Source: the human T2T-CHM13v2.0 reference genome, Homo sapiens
Strand: one strand, 5' to 3'
DNA: 64,000 nt
NCBI RefSeq assembly: GCF_009914755.1
Contig: NC_060933.1
The notes below the pieces were generated by a model that had not been told where the DNA came from, did not search any database, and worked only from the letters and a program-made list of their open reading frames with translations. The position numbers and the translations under genes are program-made. Positions 54,699 through 64,000 of this stretch are shown here, one piece after another; positions within the stretch are counted from its first letter, which is position 1; each line of letters opens with the position of its first letter.

Positions 54699-55448
54699 GT
54701 CTTATTGTGTCTAACATAAAACTTGCCTTTTAAACTATTTTACAATATACAATTCAGTACATTCACAATGTTGTGCAACCAGCATCTCTACTTAGTCCCA
54801 ACACGTTTCCATCGCCCCAATAGAAAACCCTGCACCCGTTAGTTACTCCCCATCTCCTTCCCCTGCCCCTGAAAACCACGCGTCTACTTTTTGTCTCCAT
54901 GAATTTAGCTATGCTAGACATTTCATACGAATGGAATCAGACAATATGAGGCTCTTTGTGATGGCCTTCCTTCACTGGCAAAATGTTTCCAAGGTTTGTC
55001 CACATTGTCGCATGACTCAGTGCTTCATTCCTGTTTATGGCTGCATAATATGCCATCCTGTGGACACACCATATTTTGTGTATCCGTTTCCTAACTGATG
55101 GACATTTGAGCTGCTTCTGCTTTCTGGCTATTAGGAGTGATACTGCTGTGGACATTTGGGTCTCAGTTTTTGCATGTGTGTATGTCTTCATTTCTCTTGG
55201 CTGTCTACCTAAAAGTGGAGTTTCTGGGTCACAAGGTAATTCTATGTGTAACTTTTTGGGGAGCCACCAAACTGTTTTCTACAGGTGCTGCACCTCTTAC
55301 GTTCCCACCAGCAATGTACGAGAATGCCAGTTTCTCCGAATCCTTGTCAACACTTGTTATTTTCTGGTTTTGTTTTGTCTTATTAGGATGAGCCTAGTGG
55401 GTGTGGGGCAGTATCCCATTATGGTCTTGATTTGCATTTCCCCGATAG

Positions 55449-56459
<1,011 letters not shown>

Positions 56460-57160
56460 TCAAATCTATTCCTCTGAAGCATCAAGCATTCTATGTGCAC
56501 TACTTCATGAAACCCTCCTGGATATTCTGCACTGTAGAAACGATTACTCTCCTGTTGTGCCCATTTTATAGATGAGGAAACTGAGACTCCAAAACTGAGT
56601 GAAGTCAAGGCTCAAACTCAGATCCCAGTCATTTGATGACTAGGCCACAGTGAGGCCTGAGGAGGGGAAAAATCCCAATGGTTACCCTCCCCTTCCCCTC
56701 CCCACCCTCATTTTCTTCTCCCTCTTTCAGGCTGGGATGTGGACTTGGATTCTCAGAGCAGGGTCCTTGGAAGGAGATGCTGTGACTTCTCTCTGGCCTC
56801 CAAATACCTCCTCAGCCTCCAGTCCACCTCCGTCCCTCTCCCACGCAGCCAGGCACTGTTCTGTCCTCTTCCTTGTCCCACAGTCAGTGCTTGCATGTAG
56901 CAGGTACTTAATAAATGCTGAAGATAATTATCCATCATTTCAAATAGAGACACACAACTTAGAAGGCATGCTGGGATTGTCTAAGGCCAGAAAAACCCCA
57001 ATGTCGATAAGCATGTTACAGTGAAATTGACTGCGCCCAGGAAAGGGGACCCCAGAAGCAGGTGGCTGGTGTCCCCCTACCCTGCCCCAGGCCCCGAGTT
57101 CCCCAATCCACCACTAGGAAGTCCTGGGCTCCTGTGAAGACAATATAAAACCACTGATTA

Positions 57161-57485
<325 letters not shown>

Positions 57486-59596
57486 CTACTGATGAGGCAC
57501 ATCCCCCCCTCTCATTTCCTATGAAGGAGAAACTGAGGCCCAGAGGGTTGGAGTGACTTCCTTGAGCCCCCCATGAGGAGCTTCAGACCCTGGAGGCTCC
57601 ACCCCAGGCCAAGGGCTCTCCCAGAGGTAGACTGGAGCCATGAGGACAGGGGCCCTCCCCAACCAGGTCTCTGTCCATCTACACGTGCCCTGGATCTGAC
57701 TTCACGTGATGGCATCTGGTGGGGGACACAGGATGCCTGCCCGGATGCCACCTGCAGCCAGTGGGGGCCGGAGCTGCCTCTTCAGGGTCAGTGAGGGTGA
57801 TACATCTACTTCCCAGCCTGCTTAGGTGAGCTCCCGCCTATGTGTCACTACTGGTGACTGGCATGGCTCAGAGCCAGATCTTGGGGGCCCTGAGGGGATC
57901 AAGAGCGTCCCCTAAGCCCATCTGCCAGCTGCGGTCTTCTCTGTGGTGGCAGCATCACAGAAAGTGGACAGAAAGAGTGCTCTGTGCCAGGAGGGCAAGG
58001 CCGGGTAGGATGGTGGCTGGAATGCTGGCGATCGCAGCAATGCCGGCGATCATGGTGCTGGGTTTTGGTGGTGTGCTGGACGCCTGGGAGCCTCATGAGT
58101 GAGAGACTGGGGCACACGTGCTTCCGTAGTGCCATGCACCGGTGGCAATTCAGAGAAAGACGCTGTGCAAAGCACCCCATGTGTGCAGCTTTTTGCCCTC
58201 TCGTAACAGGACGGAGCCAGGTCAGAGTGCAGATGAGGAGAGGAAGGTGCAGGGAGGTGGAGATGCTGACCCAAGTTTGCACAGCCAAAACTAGGATCGG
58301 TCTCCAGGGCCTCCGTCACTGTCCTGTCCTGCCTTCTGTCACACAGGAGTTCGAATGGTCGTTCTGAAATTGAGAGCTAGCGGGGCTGGGATCTCACTGG
58401 GCGGCCACAGAGGGGTCCCCTGACCTCTTGGGGTCTCGTTGGCAGGAGGGAATTGTATTGGAATATCCAGGTGTGTGGATCCCTGTGAATCTAACCCTGG
58501 AGTGTTCCAGAACTGCCCACCCTGTGGAAAGGGACTCAGGCCTGTCTTCAAGGACCTGGCATCCTTCTGTCCCAGGGCAGTTTGTCTTGGGTCTCTCAGG
58601 GACCGTTTGGGCCTCTTCAGCCCCTCATTCCACTTCCCTCCTGCTGCCCAAGTCATTCGTCCACTTGACTCCAAGAGTCGGCTGGGGAAATAAAAGGAAA
58701 TGAAACACGACCAGGCATTTTCCCTTGGCCGAAGCAGAAGTCTGCTGTCGGGCAAAAGGTGAAGAAGAGACCAATGAGAGATGAGCCCACGGTGCTCCTG
58801 CCCTCCACCAAGGCAGGCCATCCTCTGCTGCCAGCCTGCAACAGGGCAGTGTCCTTCTGGGAGGTGTCCCTCCCTCTGGGGGATCAAGAGATGGCCAAAA
58901 GCAGGTGGCAGCAAGTGGAGAAGGCTGTTAATCCAGAACGCACCTTGTCTCTGCCCCTGTCCCCACCCAGGCAACATCCAAAACCTTTGCCCACAGTTCT
59001 GGGGCTGGCACCGTCCTGGGGCTCAGCTCCTAGGGACGGGGCTCCCCCAGGCACTGGCTGCCAGGAACTGGGTGGCCCCGGGCAAGTCTCTTCCCATTTC
59101 GGGGTATAGACTTCCTGCCTGTAAAATGAGGGGGTCTGCAGGTCAACCTCAGAGTCCCACTGTACCCCCAGATTCTGCTTCAGGGAGACGGAGAGAGAGA
59201 GAAAGAGAAAGAACGATAGAGAGATGCAATAACCTCCCAGCATCCAGGAAGACCCAGAGGGGAGAAATGCAGGGAACCTACCCAGAAAACCCTGGAGCGG
59301 GAGCTTCTCACTTTTAATGGTCATGGCCCCACTTGAGAATCCATGGTGCTCTTCCTAGAACCACGCATGTGCACACGTGTGTGCAAACACTGGGCTCATG
59401 CACAGGCACACACACACACATATAAGGTTGCAAACACTTTCAGGGACTTCCCAGATTTCTCTGAGTCCATCCGTGGTCACTTTCGGTCAATCATCTGGCC
59501 TGAGCAGGTTCTGCCTTCTGGGGGCTCTTCTACCCTCAGGGAAATCAGGGTTTGGTTCCCTGTAATTGTCTGGTCCAATTGTCTGAGGACTTTCTC

Positions 59597-60118
<522 letters not shown>

Positions 60119-61332
60119 TAGCCAGACTTTCTTGATTCTATATCCTTCTCCTCAGAGCAGAAACATCGAGCATTTGTTGAGTGCCTCATGTATACCAAGC
60201 CCTTAACCTAAGCTATAGCTCATTGAACTCTCACAGAAGTCTTAAGGTAGAGCTTGTATTTAGATCCGTTTTGAATATGAGGAATCTCAGGTTCAGAGAA
60301 TTTAAGCCACTTGCCGAAGGCCACACAGCTTCTAAGTAGAGGAGGCTGGCACCTCCAGCCTGGGCCGCCCGGCCCGGCATCCAGGTTCCTAAACAGGCTG
60401 CTCAGCTGACACGAGTCGCTCTGGATCTCAGAAAGCGCCTGATAGACGGAGGCGGCTGTCATCTGTGTGTGTGTGTGCGTGCGTGCAGCCATGTGTGCTG
60501 GTGAGCATACTGTCCCTGTCAGCCTCTCCTCCCCCAGCACACCCCGGCAGCCCAGAGAAGGGAGGGCCCGGAGGAGTGACGGTGTTCCCCACCCCCTGCC
60601 CTTTGAGACACAATGGAGTCCGCTAATCCAGTTACTTGATAATTCACTTATTTCATGTCTATTTGGCAGCGAGCGTGCTCCCACGCACCAGCTCTGGGGA
60701 AGGCGAGATGGCTTTGCCTGGAGGAACCTGATTGTTTTTCTGGGGAAGGAGTGGGGGAAAAAATTGCACCCAACAATGGACAATAATGGGCCTAAAAATA
60801 GAGGGTGGAGGGTGCAGGGGGTGGAGGAGTGTGCTGTCTGCCAAGGGAGGGCTCCAGGCCTGTCTGCTTGGCACGGGGCAGCCCTACCCTCCTGCCCAGT
60901 TCCCCTCCCCTGCACTGGGTTGGCCGCCTCTCAGCCTAGAGGAGGGGCACTGGAAGGAGGAGGCCCAAGTGGGTGGGGGGCTGGGTGGCCTTCCTTGCTG
61001 TCTCTGCCCGCTCCAAAATGGAAAATTGTCCCACCCAGGGGGTCCTGGAGGCAGCAGCCACGACCTTGGGTGGACGCTGCGCCTCATCAGCCCTGACTAG
61101 CCGTGATGCCCAGGACCTTCCCCCAAGGGGCTCAGGCATCAGCTGAGAACTGCAGCCTTGGGTACAGAGTACGGGTTGTCTCCCAGCAGGAAAGGGAGGT
61201 TTCAGGTTTTGTGGCTCTTTTCCATCTCCCAACACTTGGGGCAGTCTTCTCGAAGGCCTCAAGCCCAGCGGGCAGCTATGACCCCACCAGGAGCGGAGCG
61301 GGCAGGGACCAGGCTGCCCTCTAAGCCACTCG

Positions 61333-61502
61333 GCTGGCTCTCAGCCGGGGTGCACACTGGACTTGCCTGGGAGCTTTTCATTCCCCCCCTGCCGCAGCTG
61401 CCCCCCAGACCAGCTTCAGCAGCCTCTCTGGGCGGCCCAGCAGGAGGAGGCATTAAACCTCCCCAGGTGGTCCCAGTGCACAGCCAAGTTTGAGAAGCAC
61501 CG
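61333..61502. mobile_element. MER5A-like DNA transposon
   Basis: TGGCTCTCAGCC…TGCACACTGGA…CCTGGGAGCTTT…CTCCCCAGGTG…GCACAGCCAAGTTTGAGAAGCAC. Confidence 0.6.
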
Positions 61503-63144
61503 ATTGAAACCTCTCCCAGGCCTGCCCTGGAGCCCTTCCAGCCTGAAGCATCTTGTCGTCTTAAAACTGAAAGACCAGGAGGAAGAGAATTCCATGGCCT
61601 GCCTCGGCTCTCTCAGAGCCTCTCTCACATCTGAGCTGCAGGTGCTCCATCCTCCTTCTGGCTTCCTGGGTGCCGAGGGGTGCCAGCTCTCCAGGCTTGG
61701 GAGAGGGCCACTTAAGCCCTCACACTTTGTTCCCAGGCTCTTCACCTGTCTTCCTGGAAGGAGGGGGCCGGCCAGCATTAGGGCTGTCACGGGCGCTGCT
61801 TAATGTCAAGCTGCCCATCTGGCTCCTGGCCTCCCTTTGGCCTTCTCTCCTGCGCTCCCCACCAAGCTCCTGGCTCAGCAGCGTGCATGCGTTAACCCAT
61901 TGCCCCCCTGCAGTGTTTTGTGTGTCCAGCCTGGCCCTTTGCTCAGTCGACCTAGAGCACCATCCTCCCAGACTAGTCGAGTGTCCCTCCACCTGTCCTG
62001 AGTCCAGATGAAATCCCACCTCCCCCAGGAAGCCTTCTGACTGCCCCAGCCCGTCACCTCCAGGGCTTGTCATCTGTGCCACTCATGGGGACCAGGACAC
62101 AGGTGACTTCTCTGGTGGACACAGCAGAACGGTCAACATTCCCAAAAGGGAGCAAATTGCCCGAGTCACCAGAAGTGTGACCTTGAGCAAGCATCTGGCT
62201 CAGGGGCTCTTGGCTTCCCCACCTGTAGGTAAAATAACAGGAACAGTGTCATCGTGTGGGGGCCCTTCCCTGGACCACCTGGACCAGCCTCTCAAACCTG
62301 GCCACACATCTGAGTCACCTGCTGAGGGTTTTGGTTAGTTGGTTGGTTAATTACTCGATTGGTTAGTTTGTTGGTTTGTTTGTTAGCTTTCAATTTGGAG
62401 TAGAATTTCTGACCTTAGGGCCCAGGAATGTTGCCACACCCCTCCCGTCCCCAGGTATTGTCATGTTTTCATGGGTGGCCAAATCTAAGAGCTGCTTCTC
62501 TGGGGCACGAAGGATGTTCACAAATAGTTGATGAATAAGTGAATGAATAAATCAATGAAACTTACCAGCCCAGCCTCACTACTCGCACCCACCCCCAACG
62601 ACCAGCCAGGGTTCATCCACAGAGGGGTGTACCTGTCCAGGTGTCCCCAGGTGTGGGCAGACCCAGTAACTTTACTCTTTCATCGGCCCCACCGCCTCTT
62701 AACTCCTCAGAGACCAGCAGGAAGAAACCCTCGGAGGTCGCAGCTTCTGGCTGTTCTCAGGGGCAGGCCCCGTCCATCGGGTGCTGTGTCTACTCCTAAG
62801 ACCTGGTTCTGAGTATGGAACACCTGGAGAGGGAAGGGGCCGAGGAGGGGGAGTCACTCGGCTGTGTCAGGCTCCGCCCCTGCCTTCCTGAAGCACACAG
62901 TGGGGAGGGGACACACCCGTCATTAACCGAAGAAGCCACTGGGGAAAACTGTGACCCAGTGCTCCCTTGGGACTGGGGGGCAGTGGCCAGGGGTGTTTTC
63001 CCTGAGGAAAAGAAATTTAAGCAGACACCTGCCAAAGGCTGGAGGGAGAGCTGTAGACAGAAGATGGCTCAACCTGAAAGCTCCGCGGGGTGGAGGGGGC
63101 ATCCAAAGGGCGGGAGAGACTGGCCAGTAGAAAACGAGGCCAGA

Positions 63145-63434
<290 letters not shown>

Positions 63435-64000
63435 AAGGCTGGAAAGACAAGGGAGAGAGGCAGAGCTGGTGGCAGAGCCAGGCCCAGGGTTTGGACTTAA
63501 GAAGGGGAAGGCGCTGGGGCTCTGAGGAGGAGCTGGAGACAAAGGGAAGGGTGTCTGGCTGCAGGCTGAGAATGGGCTGGGGGTGGGGAGGCTAGAGGGG
63601 TCGGTGGAGGCCCCAACCAAGGCGGGGCAGGGGAGAACAGAGTGAGCCTTTAGGAGAAACCACTGCTGGGGACCAGGCTTCACTCTCAGCCCATCCGGAA
63701 ACCTCTTTCAGCTGATGCTTCCCCCGACCCCCTTCCCCACCCTGGGCCTCTGTTGGAAGCTGGCTGAGGCCCTGTTGATCAGCAAGAAAGCCCAGGGCAG
63801 CTCTCAGAGAAGAGGAGAGGGGGCCCAGAAAAGGCCCCCAGGATCTGGGGAGGGGATCCGAGGAGAGGCAGCTACCAAGCGCCCCAGCCAGGGGGGCCTG
63901 TCCCTCACCCCACCCCGGCACTGAAACCCTCACAGCCACTTTTTTCCTCCCTCCGTGATAAAATATTCATGGCGGCAGAGTGGGCCCTCTTTGGGAAGGC

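Overview
Primate (almost certainly human) genomic DNA containing the 5' end of the netrin-G2 gene (NTNG2) on the + strand. About 39 kb of repeat-rich upstream DNA is followed by a CpG-island promoter region (~39.8-43.1 kb) with a non-coding first exon ending at 40743. Next comes a 696-nt exon (44851-45546) carrying 483 nt of 5'UTR and the first 71 codons (signal peptide and start of the laminin N-terminal domain). A large intron then runs off the end of the window. The rest is Alu, MIR, L1, L2, MaLR/ERVL LTRs, MER DNA transposons, an ancient CR1/L3 reverse-transcriptase fossil, two minisatellites and several microsatellites. No other protein-coding gene, RNA gene, CRISPR array or new multi-gene system is supported. 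The best leads are regulatory or evolutionary: (1) a 5' leader with four upstream AUGs plus an internal splice acceptor that would remove all four; (2) a strong cryptic acceptor in intron 2 that is in frame with NTNG2 for 97 codons and bracketed by inverted Alus; (3) a 40-bp minisatellite apparently born from a MER63 transposon end; (4) an intronic 15-unit VNTR with higher-order structure and a near-palindromic core. Repeat family names come from recalled consensus sequences and boundaries of old repeats are approximate; all need RepeatMasker/Dfam confirmation.
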